Shown here: positions 1 to 11,400 of the stretch, piece by piece
How positions within the stretch are numbered: position 1 is the first letter of the stretch
How the letters are laid out: every line of letters begins with the position of its first letter
Origin: Bryobacterales bacterium
GTDB lineage: Bacteria; Acidobacteriota; Terriglobia; Bryobacterales; UBA6623
Reading direction: 5' to 3'
Assembly (NCBI GenBank): GCA_963422375.2
Contig: OY729428.2
Coordinates: 1,408,001-1,472,000 of the forward strand
DNA length: 64,000 nucleotides
Position numbers and translations under genes: made by a program
The notes under the pieces: generated by a model
Told to the model about the DNA's origin: nothing
Seen by the model: the letters and a program-made list of their open reading frames with translations, nothing else
Databases searched by the model: none

Positions 1-989
1 CTGCTGGCCGGCGCGTCCGGCAGTGTCCGAGACCGATGCACTGAGAGGCCACCGACTGCATGGAGCAGGGCCTCCCCGGCAAGTCCCAGATTCAGATTCT
101 CGACGGAGATCTGCGCCATCTTCCAGCGTGTCTCGACCGTGGCGCTGCCCAAGTGAGGCAGGATCGTCACGTTGTCCAGATTCAGCAGCGGATGGTCTCT
201 CGGGAGCGGCTCGGGGTCCGTCACATCCAAGCCGGCAGCGGCGATTTCGCCGGCCCTCAACGCCTCGCAGAGCGCATCCGTGTCCACCACCGGCCCGCGA
301 GCGATGTTGATCAGCGTCGCTGTGGGCCTCATCTTCCGCAGCGCCTCGGCGTTGATCAGGTGCCGAGTCTCCACGGTAAGCGGGCACGTGAGCACTACGT
401 AGTCGGACCGCCCGAGCAGCTCGTCCAGCGCGACGCATCGCACGCCTAGCTCTTTCTCGTCCGCAGGGCGGCGCCGCCGGTTGCAGTAGAGCACGCGCAT
501 GTCGAATCCAAACGCCCTCCGGGCGACCTGGCGCCCTATGTTGCCGAGCCCGATGATGCCCAGCGTGCTCGAGTGCGCCTCCCGGCCGAGCATGTAGCCC
601 GGGTCGTACCGCAGGAAGTCCGGCGAGCGCGCGTAGCGGTCCCCCTCGACCACGCGCCGCGCCGCCGCCAGCAGCAGGGCGAATCCGGCGTCCGCCGTCG
701 CGCCGTCTAGGATTCTCGGGGTGTTGCCGACGGGCACGCCTCGCGCTGTGGCGTCCGGCACGACGATGTGGTCGACTCCGACGCCGTAGTTGCTGATCAC
801 CCGGACGCCCGGCAGCCGGTCGAGCATCGCCCCGTCGACCCTCGGGTGTCCGTAGGTGTAGATGCCGTCCACGGGCTCTTGCCAGCGCTCCGTCGCTGCT
901 CTCCACGGCAGGAACTCGATACCGGGACCGGCGAGCTCGAGCACCGTCGAGTCCAGCGGTCCGTCCGCGATGACCCTGTAGGTTGCCAT
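1..989 (-). CDS. D-2-hydroxyacid dehydrogenase (glyoxylate reductase / D-glycerate dehydrogenase-like), 3' end runs off window
   Basis: Manual translation from ATG at 989 gives MATYRVIADG...GVGVDHI...VGNTP...LGIIGLGNIGRQVARRA...LINIARGPVVD...AGLDVTDPEP...LPHLGSAT. No stop before the window edge, which is why it is missing from the ORF track. Confidence 0.9.
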   Translation of the reverse strand, partial: MATYRVIADGPLDSTVLELAGPGIEFLPWRAATERWQEPVDGIYTYGHPRVDGAMLDRLPGVRVISNYGVGVDHIVVPDATARGVPVGNTPRILDGATADAGFALLLAAARRVVEGDRYARSPDFLRYDPGYMLGREAHSSTLGIIGLGNIGRQVARRAFGFDMRVLYCNRRRRPADEKELGVRCVALDELLGRSDYVVLTCPLTVETRHLINAEALRKMRPTATLINIARGPVVDTDALCEALRAGEIAAAGLDVTDPEPLPRDHPLLNLDNVTILPHLGSATVETRWKMAQISVENLNLGLAGEALLHAVGGLSVHRSRTLPDAPAS

Positions 990-1014
990 CTGCCTCGCTG
1001 CCTCGGCGCGCCGT

Positions 1015-1992
1015 TCAAGCCCGCTGCCAGCGGGCGATTCCGTCGATCTCGACCTTTTCGACGCTCCGCCCGAGAGCCATGTACTCCAAGTGAGACAGGG
1101 ATTCCGACATCGCGAAGCGCCGGTCGAGCAGGCTGCGGTCCTCGCCCCATACAGTGCCCGCGATCTCGTACGCGTTGCGCGGAGCGCTGTCGATGGCGTC
1201 GAGAATCGTCTGGCACCTCCGCCGGTGATGGCTGCGGGTGTTGCGAATCCATTCGCGATGCCCCTCGAAAGGCCGCCCGTGCGACGGGACCACCCTGTCG
1301 ATGTCGAGCCTCTCGAGCCTCTCGAGCGACTGCAGGTAGTCGCCCAGCGGGTCGCCTTGGTAGAACCAATGGACTCCGATGTGCGGCGTCACGCGCGGCA
1401 GGATGGCGTCGGTGGAGAACAGCACGCGCCGATCCGGCCAGTGGAAGCACACCAGCGCGGGGGAATGGCCGGGCGCGGCGACCGCCTCGAGGCTGCCGCC
1501 TTCGAACGCGACGCGCTCCCCGGGGGTGATGACGCCGTCCACCACCAAACGCTCGAATGCCCCCTTGCCCGCCTCGGACTGCCGACGCATCGTCTCCACG
1601 CGCTCGACCGGCATGCCGTGGTACCCGAGGAAGGCGGCCGTCTCGCCGAAGTACTGACGCATCGGTCCGAGCGGCTTCACGAGCTCCGCTTCTAGGGCCG
1701 GCATCCTGACCGGCGCTCCGGAGCGCCTCCGAATCTCGGCCGCCGCTCCGACGTGGTCGGGATGCAGGTGGCTCACTAGGATTTCGGTGATATCGCGCCA
1801 GCTCGCGCCGAGGCTGCGCAGAGCCGCCTCCAGCGAGTCCAGCGACTCGTCGGACCGGATGCCGGTGTCCAGCAGCACCAGACCCCGCCCGCGCCGGAAC
1901 AGGAAGGCGTTGACGCTGACCAGATCCCACGGCAGCGGCAACCGCACCTGCCACGCCCCGTCGGCGACCGGCCACACCTTCGGCGCTGGCAT
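1015..1992 (-). CDS. MBL-fold metallo-hydrolase
   Basis: SHLHPDHVG (HxHxDH), PGHSP, STDAILP and PSHG motifs. Start uncertain (1992 or 2043). Confidence 0.88.
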   Translation of the reverse strand: MPAPKVWPVADGAWQVRLPLPWDLVSVNAFLFRRGRGLVLLDTGIRSDESLDSLEAALRSLGASWRDITEILVSHLHPDHVGAAAEIRRRSGAPVRMPALEAELVKPLGPMRQYFGETAAFLGYHGMPVERVETMRRQSEAGKGAFERLVVDGVITPGERVAFEGGSLEAVAAPGHSPALVCFHWPDRRVLFSTDAILPRVTPHIGVHWFYQGDPLGDYLQSLERLERLDIDRVVPSHGRPFEGHREWIRNTRSHHRRRCQTILDAIDSAPRNAYEIAGTVWGEDRSLLDRRFAMSESLSHLEYMALGRSVEKVEIDGIARWQRA

Positions 1993-2100
1993 TCGGGGGG
2001 GCAACGTGTCGTGCGAACCGTCGGGCGCCGGACGCTCTCCCATTTTACCTACGGGCAGGCGGCGCCATCCTGATACGCTGATTGCAAGCCCGGGTACGGA

Positions 2101-3219
2101 ATGCGGTCGCTCGTGAAGCTGCTGGCATGCGTCCTGTTTGCAACGGCCGTGGCGTGGCCAGCCTCGCAGGGCGCGGCCGAGACCCTCCGGTGCAAGGACG
2201 AGAAGGTCGGGCCCTTTCTCGACTTCGAGTACCGTTTCGTGCTGGGCTCGCTGTTTTCCCTCCCGGTCAGGCAGTTCTGGGGGACCCAAGTCGAACTGGA
2301 CGTCGACATCCTCGTCGAGCCCGTAAACGGGACGCCCGGCGACGCAGCGAGAGTGGCGGACAGATTCCGAGCCCGGCGGCCGGTGCCCGAGGGAACCAAG
2401 GGCGAAGTGTACTTCAGCAGCGCCGTCTCGACGGGAGCAGGACAGTATCGGGCCTCTTGGCGCATCGCGGACACCGAGGGTCGCTGGTGTGAGGGCTCGC
2501 GGCTGTTCAAGGCCGCACTGACGCGAAGGGACCGATCGGTCGAGGTGACCCTGCCTCCCGGAGAGATCGTGGATGCCGGCGTGTATCTATTCCAGCCGGA
2601 GCGCAAGCTCCCGCGACCGCACCTGCGGTCGCCCCGCCGGATGAAGGTGTTCGTCAGCATGGACGTAATGGGGCGTCGCGGCCGCATCGTCAGGACCAGG
2701 CTGGGTCATGTCATGCCGCTCTTCTCTGCGTTGCGCCAGCTGGTTCGGAGCCCCAGCTTCAACGAATTCTCGTTGGTTGTCTTCAGCTTCGAGGACCAGG
2801 AGGTCCTGTTCCGGCACGACTACCGGGACACCCTCGACTTCGAGGGGCTGAGCGGGGTGCTCAAGCGCCTCAAGCCGAGCACCGTGGACTTGCAGGATCT
2901 GATGCGGGGCAGCGAGGTTCGCTTCTTCGAGAGCATGGTCACAATGGAGCTGCTTCACGCCGAGCAGCCCGAGGCCGTCGTGTTCCTTGGACGCGAAATG
3001 CAGTTCGGCAAGCGGATTTCGGACTTGACCCTCGAGCGCGTCCGCCAGCTAGGTGCCTCGTTCGCCTTCTTGGACGCCTCGCGCTTCGCCTGGCGGGGTG
3101 TCATCGGCAGCCTAGTGCGCGCGATGAGCGGCCGCGAGCACGTCCTGCGACGGCCGGCGGACGTCGCCAAGGCGATGGAAGCGTTCGAGCGCCGTGTTCT
3201 TGGCGCGAGGCCCGAGTAG
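2101..3219 (+). CDS. Exported hypothetical protein
   Basis: 372 aa ORF with an N-terminal signal peptide (KLLACVLFATAVAWPASQG) and normal codon usage. No family recognised. Confidence 0.75.
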   Translation: MRSLVKLLACVLFATAVAWPASQGAAETLRCKDEKVGPFLDFEYRFVLGSLFSLPVRQFWGTQVELDVDILVEPVNGTPGDAARVADRFRARRPVPEGTKGEVYFSSAVSTGAGQYRASWRIADTEGRWCEGSRLFKAALTRRDRSVEVTLPPGEIVDAGVYLFQPERKLPRPHLRSPRRMKVFVSMDVMGRRGRIVRTRLGHVMPLFSALRQLVRSPSFNEFSLVVFSFEDQEVLFRHDYRDTLDFEGLSGVLKRLKPSTVDLQDLMRGSEVRFFESMVTMELLHAEQPEAVVFLGREMQFGKRISDLTLERVRQLGASFAFLDASRFAWRGVIGSLVRAMSGREHVLRRPADVAKAMEAFERRVLGARPE

Positions 3220-3320
3220 GACGGCATGCATATGCGCGGGCGCTACCGTCGGGCTAGCAGAGGACAGTCGGCGTGGCCCGGAGCGGTGTGTCGGCGTCTT
3301 CCGGCCTGGAGGTCGCGCCG

Positions 3321-6300
3321 GTGAAGCGGCTCGGACGCCGCGAGTTCCTGGCAGCACTGGCAGCGGGCGGCGCGTTCCGGCCCGGCCCGCTCGCCTTGTC
3401 CGAGGAGTTCCCCGTCCGCTTTCGCCAAGTCGGCCGGTGCGCCGACCTGCGCAGGCTGGTCGATCCTGCCGAGGACCGCTTCAAGCTCGAGACGCGGGGT
3501 GTAGAGATCGAGCGCGCGCTCGCGTCGATGCTCGCGGAGCGGTCCCTCCCGCTCGCGGCGGGCCTAGCCGGGACATCCCCGATGCCCGAGCGGTACGACG
3601 GCGACGGCTCGCTCCGCCGGGCACGCTTCGGGGACGGGGCGGAGGGCTTCGCCGCTGGCCTGACTCGCTGGACCGCCTCCTTGGGAGATGTGCGCCGGGC
3701 GGAGTTTCGCGCTCTGCCGGAAGACATCGTGCGCTTCGAGCTGGCGTCCGTGACCGACGCGGGCTTGGAGCACCGGGTTGGCCGGTGGCGGATGCGGTGG
3801 GACCAGGGGCGGCTCGATGCCTTCGAACCGCTGGAGGAGACCGTCGCTAGGGCGTCGGCGCCGCTATTCGCCGACGCAACGGGCGAACTATTCGGGGATG
3901 TTCCGAGCTTCCGGGAGCAGCTGGCCCGCGGCGTGCCGTACTGGCGGTCGAGGCTCGACAGCGCGGCCGGCATCGGCGTCTACGGCAACCAAGGCGTCGC
4001 GGTCGGGGACATCGACGGCGACGGCTGGGACGAGCTCTACGTGTGCCAGCCCGGCGGCCTGCCCAACCGCCTCTACAGCCGGCGGGAGAGCGGATCTTGG
4101 GAGGACGTCACCGCCGCCGCCGGGGTGGCGCTCCTAGACGACACCGCCCAGGCCCTCTTTCTCGACCTGCGAAACGTCGGAATTCAGGACCTAGTCGTGC
4201 TGACCGCAGGCGGACCCCTGCTGTTCATCAACGACGGCACGGGGCGGTTCCGGCATCGCCCCGGCGCGTTCGAGTTCGCCAACGACGCGAAGGGCGCCTT
4301 CGCGGGCATGGCCTCCGCGGACTACGACCGCGACGGTCGGCTGGATCTGTACCTCTGCTCCTACCTCTACTTTCAGAGCGAGGACCAGTACCGCTATCCG
4401 TCCCCCTATCACGACGCACGCAACGGCCCGCCGAACTTCCTTTTCCGCAACGAGCTGGGACCCGACGGGGAGGGCAGCTTCCGAGACGTGACCGAAGAGG
4501 CCGGATTCGGCGAGAACAACGACCGCTACAGCTTTGCAGCTGCGTGGTGCGACTACGACGAAGACGGCTGGCCCGAGCTCTACGTCGCGAACGACTTCGG
4601 ACGAAACAATCTCTACAAGTTCGAGGGCGGCCGCTTCCGGGACATCGCCGGTCGCACGGTCCTCCATGACGTCGGCCCGGGGATGAGCGCCGCTTGGTTC
4701 GACTACGATCGCGACGGTCGGCTGGACCTCTATGTCACCAACATGTGGACGGCCGCCGGCCAGCGCGTGTCCCGTGACCCAGAGTTCCGCCCTGTCAGGG
4801 GCGGAGCATCTCGCTCCGACTATCGCGGCCACACGAAAGGCAATTCTCTCTATCGCAACCGCGGTGACGGGGCCTTCGATTACCAAGGCGCGCGCGAGGG
4901 AGTGGAGATGGGGCGCTGGTCGTGGTCCGGCGACGGGTTCGACTTCGACTTGGACGGTGTGCCGGAAATCTTTGTCACGGCAGGCATGATCACCCATTCC
5001 CCGGACAAGGACCTGTGCAGCTTCTTCTGGCGGCAGGTCGTGGCGCAATCGCCCGGGGAGGAGAAGCCGGCACCGGACTACGAGGAGGGCTGGAACTGCC
5101 TGAACCAGATGGTGCGCGAGGACTTCAGCTGGAACGGCAGCGAGCCCAACGTCTTCTACGTGCGACGGGACGGCCGCTACCGGGACTTCTCGGGCGTCTC
5201 GGGCCTGGACCGGGCGCTCGACAGCCGTGCGTTCGCGGTCACCGACTTCGACGGCGACGGTCGGCCGGACCTGTTCCTGAAGAGCAGGCTGGGCCCGCAG
5301 CTGATGGCGTTCCGCAACCAGTCCGCGGAGGGCCGCGCGCCCTTGGTCATCGAACTGGAGGGAACGCGCTCCAACCGCGACGCGGTCGGGGCGATCGTGC
5401 GAGTCTCGACGGAGGACGGCATCTCGGCCCAGTCGCTCTCCGCCGGCTCGGGCTATATCTCGCAGCACACCAAGCGGCTGCATTTCGGACTCGGAGAGCG
5501 GACGCGGGCCGCTGCCGCGACGGTGCTGTGGCCGTCCGGGGCGAGGCAGGAGTTCAAGGGGTTTGAGGCCGGATACCGCTACCGAATCCGCGAGGGCGAC
5601 GACAGTCCGGGGCGGCAACCCATCAATCAGCCCTTGCGGCTGCGAGGGGCCCGGGCGGCCGTCGTCGCGGACAACAGCCTAGGCTTTGAGCCCACTTGGT
5701 TGCTGGTTCCCGTGCCGTTGCCGGAACCTGCCGATCCCGGGCTGCTCTTCCTAGTTGACCGGGAGGTCCCCGACATCCCGGCAGGCGTCCCGCACAGGGT
5801 GATTGACCTCGGATCCTCTCCGCCCGAGCGCGCCGCGGCCTTCGCCATATTCCGCAGGTATCTCTTCGACTACCGTGCCGACCTCAGCCTGCCGATGACC
5901 CTCCTGGTCGGCGTCGGCAGCCGCGCCGTGAAGGTCTACCCCGGGCTGCCCTCGCAATTGGAAATGCGGCGCGACACCGAGCAGGTCCTGAGCCGTGTTT
6001 CGCCCCGCCGGGCCTTGCCTTTCGAGGGAACCTACTACGGCAAGCCTCGCAGGAACCACTTCCGCATGGGAGCCGCGTTCATGCATGCCGGCTACCCCGT
6101 TCTGGCTCTGCCGTACCTGCGCGAGGCGGCCATGTCCCAACGGGGCAACTTCAAGGCCTGGCTGACGGTCGGTCAGGTCGAACTGCAGGCGGGCAATCTC
6201 GAGGAAGCCGAGGGTGCCTTGGGGCGGGCTGCCGCTCTGGATTCCGATTCGCCGCAGCTCTTGAACAACCTAGGCGGCTTGGCCATGGCCCGCGAGGACT

Positions 6301-6803
6301 TCCAGGGCGCGCTCGAGCACTTCAAGCGGGCGCTCGCGATCAGCGGGGATCTGCCTTATGCGCTGGTCAATGCCGCCCAGGCCCACGGTCGCCTAGGCAA
6401 CGAAGTCGAGGCGGAGAGCCTGCTGCGACGCGCCTTGGATGTGGCGCCGTCGGATGCCGACGCGGCGAACAAGCTTGGCCTTATCCGTGCCAGGCAGGGC
6501 AGTCTGGACGAGGCCCGGCGGCTGTTCCAGCAGGCGATCGAGAACCAGCGGGATCACGTGGAGGCGATCAACAACCTCGCGGTCCTATACATCCGAACCA
6601 GTCAGGTGCGCGACGCTATCGCCGCGTTCCTCTATGGCATCGAGCAGGTCCCTGATTTCGAGGCGTTCTACATGAACTTAGCGCGCGTCCACGCGGATCT
6701 CGGGGACTACACGCGTTCGAGGGAGGTGCTGCGTCGACTCTTGGAGCGCAGGCCTGAACACGAGGCGGCTCGCCGGGCACTGCTGCAGCTGCAGGGGCGC
6801 TAG
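3321..6803 (+). CDS. FG-GAP repeat / CRTAC1-like protein with ASPIC/UnbV domain and C-terminal TPRs
   Basis: Tat-like RREFLAAL; repeated DxDGDGxxDL(Y) motifs; ASPIC/UnbV signature (SNRDAVGAIV...GSGYISQ...LHFGLG...VLWPSG); TPR helices (LLNNLG, AANKLG, AINNLA). Start may be 3273. Confidence 0.88.
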   Translation: MKRLGRREFLAALAAGGAFRPGPLALSEEFPVRFRQVGRCADLRRLVDPAEDRFKLETRGVEIERALASMLAERSLPLAAGLAGTSPMPERYDGDGSLRRARFGDGAEGFAAGLTRWTASLGDVRRAEFRALPEDIVRFELASVTDAGLEHRVGRWRMRWDQGRLDAFEPLEETVARASAPLFADATGELFGDVPSFREQLARGVPYWRSRLDSAAGIGVYGNQGVAVGDIDGDGWDELYVCQPGGLPNRLYSRRESGSWEDVTAAAGVALLDDTAQALFLDLRNVGIQDLVVLTAGGPLLFINDGTGRFRHRPGAFEFANDAKGAFAGMASADYDRDGRLDLYLCSYLYFQSEDQYRYPSPYHDARNGPPNFLFRNELGPDGEGSFRDVTEEAGFGENNDRYSFAAAWCDYDEDGWPELYVANDFGRNNLYKFEGGRFRDIAGRTVLHDVGPGMSAAWFDYDRDGRLDLYVTNMWTAAGQRVSRDPEFRPVRGGASRSDYRGHTKGNSLYRNRGDGAFDYQGAREGVEMGRWSWSGDGFDFDLDGVPEIFVTAGMITHSPDKDLCSFFWRQVVAQSPGEEKPAPDYEEGWNCLNQMVREDFSWNGSEPNVFYVRRDGRYRDFSGVSGLDRALDSRAFAVTDFDGDGRPDLFLKSRLGPQLMAFRNQSAEGRAPLVIELEGTRSNRDAVGAIVRVSTEDGISAQSLSAGSGYISQHTKRLHFGLGERTRAAAATVLWPSGARQEFKGFEAGYRYRIREGDDSPGRQPINQPLRLRGARAAVVADNSLGFEPTWLLVPVPLPEPADPGLLFLVDREVPDIPAGVPHRVIDLGSSPPERAAAFAIFRRYLFDYRADLSLPMTLLVGVGSRAVKVYPGLPSQLEMRRDTEQVLSRVSPRRALPFEGTYYGKPRRNHFRMGAAFMHAGYPVLALPYLREAAMSQRGNFKAWLTVGQVELQAGNLEEAEGALGRAAALDSDSPQLLNNLGGLAMAREDFQGALEHFKRALAISGDLPYALVNAAQAHGRLGNEVEAESLLRRALDVAPSDADAANKLGLIRARQGSLDEARRLFQQAIENQRDHVEAINNLAVLYIRTSQVRDAIAAFLYGIEQVPDFEAFYMNLARVHADLGDYTRSREVLRRLLERRPEHEAARRALLQLQGR

Positions 6804-7363
6804 CTCCTATTCGTTCACTTCGCTGTGCAAGGACGCTGCATTCCGGCTGGTGCTAGTCCCTCCCGGCTTGCTGTCGTTCCAGACCGAAGCAGTCGCAGCG
6901 GCCCAGCGACGTGATACAACGCGTCACTTCGTCGGGACGCACATGGCGCATCCGGACCTCGCTCGGCTGCACCGGCCTCGCGAGCACTGCTCGCGCAATC
7001 GCGGATTTGACCCGAACCGTCCAGTCCTAGCGTCAAGAAATCGCGAATCCCTGCAGATCGACGCTGCCACCTCGGCATCGTCTACCTTCGCATTGAGTTG
7101 TGCCCCCTCGGGCGAGGCATTCGCCGCGACGTTCGGCGCGGCCGCAAGGATATCCGCCATGCCGCCGCTAACCGATCTGGCCCCATCGGGATTCTAGAGG
7201 CACCGAGCGCTGCTTGCGGGCGGGATCATCGGATCCCGAGCGCCGTACGGCGCTGGGCCAAGGGCGATCGAACCAACGAGGCCGGGCGCTGCCAAGCCGA
7301 GGCCAGCGATCGCGATCCGGGCGAGGAACTGCGGGCGGGGATGGGACCGCGAGGAATGAACCC

Positions 7364-7561
7364 CTGCCTAAGGTCCGCGAAGTCATTCGCTTGGTCAAGC
7401 AGGATAGTGGGTCGCTGGTGAGTCTCGAGGGGAGCCATCGTTAGTACAAGCACTCGGACAAGTTCGGAGCCGTGCCTGTTGCCGGCAAGCTAACCGACGC
7501 AGTGCCGCTGGCGACTTGGTCCCGCATGACGAGGCAAGCCCGGCCGAGGGGGGCTGTACTG
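7364..7561 (+). pseudogene. hicA: HicA-family toxin pseudogene
   Basis: LPKVREVIRLVKQDSGSLVSLEGSHR*YKHSDKFGAVPVAGKLTDAVPLATW contains the HicA GSH motif, with a TAG at 7442-7444. The natural stop is lost, so the frame reads into hicB. Confidence 0.75.
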
Positions 7562-7782
7562 ATGAGATACCCCGTCGTCATCGAGAGATCGCCGCGAATC
7601 TACGAGGCCTACGTACCCGACCTGCCGGGATGTATTGCATCTGACGCTTCGAAGACCGAGTTGACACGCGCAATCAGCGAGGCCATCCGGCTTCACGTCG
7701 AGAGTATGCTGATCACAATGAGCCAGTGCCGGAATCCAGATCGACGGCGGCTGTCGTCGACGTGTCCGCTCGTGCCGAATGA
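7562..7782 (+). pseudogene. hicB: HicB-family antitoxin, frameshifted
   Basis: MRYPVVIERS...AYVPDLPGCIA...EAIRLHVES. The typical tail (DHNEPVPESRSTAAVVDV) lies in another frame after ~7710. Confidence 0.8.
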
Positions 7783-8497
7783 CCGGCGATGCCCAGCGGA
7801 GATGCATTGCGCCTGTTTGAGGGCCGGGCCCGTGCTCGCGCCTAGCCGGTATTCTCGCGGCTAGTGGCCCGTCGCTTGCGGAGTCAGGCGGTGGCGCGAA
7901 GAGTAGCTGGGAGGTGCGGCGGTGCCTTGAGGCGAATCGCGCGAGAACTCTGGAAACTTCCGCCCGCGAACTTACGAGTGCCAGTGTTGTCTCGGTCGTT
8001 TGTGAATCCGGACCTAGCGGCGAGCTGATTCGCTGGAATGCCCCGAGATCACGCGCTTGCCCTCGCCGCGCCGGACTGTGTTCTCGCTCATCCCGGCAGG
8101 TGGCAGAGATGGATGTCCCAGCGTGCTCAGCGCGTCGGTCAGGGTGTTGTTCTGCTAGCTCGGCATTGGGTGTTCTTGCGGGCCGGCGCTTGGGTTCGAT
8201 CTGATTCCAGATCCAGTCGAGCAGTGGTCGGGCCTCGCTCGCTGACCGGTGCGCCACGGCACCTCGGACTGCAGTGAGTGCATGGTCCAAGGCGACGCGG
8301 TCACCCATGCGACACTGTTCCGCTCCGAAGCTGCTCCGAGGAGTCTCAACGCAATGGAATCAACGCCCTAGATGTGCGCCTCTTGAGAAAAGTCGATCCT
8401 CGGGTTCCGAGATCCTGCCTCATCGGATCGTCTAGAATTCAAGAGTGCCCTTGAAGCGGCAGCGGTCCTTCGGCGCTCGCGGCATCTCAGATTCATC

Positions 8498-11400
8498 GTG
8501 AACAAGACCGCTGCCATCTTCCTGCGCTTCGCGATCTGCGCCATCGTCGTTGGTGTCGTCGACGGCCCGGCACCCTTCCCTCGTACGGTCGCGCAGGCGG
8601 CAAAGGAAACGACCGGCGAGGCCGCAAACAGCCGTGTCGGTTACGATCAGGGCCGGGGCGTCACGGAATTCCGCGGGCGGCGGCTGAGCTACGAAGTCGT
8701 CGAAGGCATGGCGATTCACGCCGGGGACATGATCCTCGGCACCGCCGAGGAAATTACCGAGGCCACCGCCGGCCCGCAGGGAAGGCCCCCGGAAGACGAC
8801 TGGCCGCGGCGTCGGGATCTCTCTTCCGTCGATGCGGACAGACTCTGGCCTGACGGTATCGTGCCCTACGTCATCGATGCGAACGTCCCGGAAAGGGAAG
8901 CCATCTTGTCCGCGATCAGCGAGTGGAATTCCAAGACAGTCATCCGCTTGGTGGAGAGGAAGACGGAAGTGGATTACGTGCGGTTCAGGGCCGTCAGTGT
9001 CGGAAATTGCAGATCGTATGTAGGAATGATGGGAGGTGAGCAGTACATTGATATTCCGCCGAAGGGCTGTCAAGTCAATGCAGCAGTGCATGAGATTGGC
9101 CATGCTGTGGGACTCTGGCACGAGCACCAGCGCGTTGATCGCGACACCTATCTGACCGTCCATCGCGAGAACCTCGGCGGAAAGGCTGGGCTCGACAACG
9201 TCCTGGCGGCAGAGCATCCGGCTAGCGGGCCGTACGACTTCGCCTCCACGATGCATTACCACTCCAAGGCGCTCGGATGGGGCGGTGAAGCGGTGATGGA
9301 ATCCATCCCTCCGGGCCTGTCCATCCCAAGCGGCGAGCTGTCCGCTGGCGACATCGATGGACTGGCGCGACTCTATGGCCAGCCCCCCGCGACCACGACC
9401 GTTTCCACCAATCCGCCAGGGCTGGAGATCATCGTTGACGGTGTGCGCGTGACCGCGCCGAAGAGCTTCGCTTGGGCTCCCGGCAGCAGCCACCTGATAG
9501 AGGCTCCGGTGGCGCAGGTCGCGAGCGGCAGCCGATACCTTTTCGGACGCTGGAATGACAACGACGGTGGCTGGCAGTACGCCTTCCGTGCGGATCCGAG
9601 CGCGACTTGGATCGAGGCTAATTTCATCGTGCAGCACCACGTTGCAGCCTGCGCCGATCCGATTGGTGCGGGTGAGGTGCGGATCACGCCGGAATCGGCG
9701 GACGGATACTACACGCTGCGGACACCGATCACTGTCGAGGCGTCCCCGGACACGGACGGTTCGTACCAGTTCCAGGATTGGATCTCGGTGCTGTGGGGAG
9801 ATCATGGCAGATCGGCGAACCCGGCTCTAAGCACCGTCACGAGGCCGGATCTTGAGTACAGGGCTCGATTCAGCCGGGATCCGCTCTTTCGAATCGACTC
9901 TCAAGCGGATCCTATCGCCGTCTTCGTCAACGGAGAGCAGCGGCTTGCGCCAATCGCACTCGACGTGCGCCGCCTTGCCGACCGGATCGCGATTCAAGTG
10001 CCCCAAGAGCAGGCCATCCGCGAATCCTATGGGGCTCGGTACCGCTTCGAGAGTTGGAGTGACGGCGGTGCCATCGCCCATCGCCTGAGAGTGCCTCGAT
10101 CAGGCGGGAGCCTGGTTCTCCGAACTGCTGCTGAGTATCGGCTCACGACCGCAGTCGAGCCCCCGGGATCGGGCGCGATATGGGTCGCACCCTCTTCGCC
10201 GGACGGCTTCTATAGCTCCGGGACGCGGGTCCGGGTGACGGCATTGCCGTCACCCGGGTGGGAGTTTGCCGACTGGACCGGTCGTTTGTCCGGCAGTGCC
10301 GTGCAGACGACCGTGGACATCGACGGACCCGTGCACGCCGAAGCCGTTTGCTCGCGGACGCGCGAGCTGCATCCGGGCCAAGACATGGCCTTTGTACTCC
10401 CGGCAAAGCCTCGATACAGGTGGCACGTCTACGAGCCCGAACACGGGTTCCGTATCAGGGTCCCCGCCGGTGCGGACGAGCTCGCCATCCACTACCGTCC
10501 TGAGGCGCTCGCGCCCGGCGTCGCCTTCTTCGCGCAACTGGGAACCGACCGGTGGCGCTACGGACCCGGCCCCGACCGAGACCCTGAGGTGGACGCGGAC
10601 TACCGCTCGGTGTCGACGGCTTTCGGCCAGAGCCTGTCGGTCACGCCCGACTCCGATCCGCCCTTGGAGGAGGGCATCTACTTCATCCGCTTTCTCCGTT
10701 TCCGTCCAGGACAGGACATCAGGGGCACGATCATGGCGGAGGTGCGCGGCGGCGGAGCTGATGCCCCTCGTCTGTCCGCAAAGCCGCAAGCCATGACGTT
10801 CGTGGCGCAGCGGGGCTCCGAGGCCCCGTCGCAGAGCATTCGCTTGGCGAACGAGGGCCGCGGTCCACTGCGGTTCCGGTTCGGCTCGGGGCCTCCGTGG
10901 CTCCGGACGAATCCCTCTGAGGGCCTGCTCGCGGAAGGAGAGACGCTTGAGATTGAGGTTACGGCGTCGCGAGCCGGCCTGTACGTCGGAACCTACCGGG
11001 CCGAGCTGGAAGTCGCCGCGAGCACGGAGCGCTCGCCGGTCGCGACGGCTGAACAGGCCATCCGGATTCACGTGTTTCACGTGGCCGCGCCGAGATTGGC
11101 CTCCCGACCGCGAACGCAGCCGGACTTTCGGATTCAGCAGCGGCGTGGAAAAGGCCGAATCGACTTCGTGGGAGATATTTCCTATAGCTATGGCGTCGAC
11201 GGGCTCTCGATCTCTATCGAGCGGCTGCGGAACAGGTCGAGTGAGTCTACCGGCCCGCTTCGGGCGCTGTTGTTTGCGACGAGAGACAGCAAGCTACTCG
11301 GATCCAAGGGATTTGTCCTCGGCGATGCGAGCTTCGCAGAGCAGAGCGGCAACGAGGGCCGTCTCCGAGGCTCGGGCTCATTCGAGAAAGTAGCGCTGAC

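Noticed and set aside
6810..8490. Other short ORFs here and in 15515-16130, 33510-34130, 40590-41200, 45090-45990, 46330-47500 and 58500-58990
   Set aside because: No recognisable motifs, RBS or codon pattern; probably decayed DNA or spacers. I could not support any ncRNA or riboswitch call.
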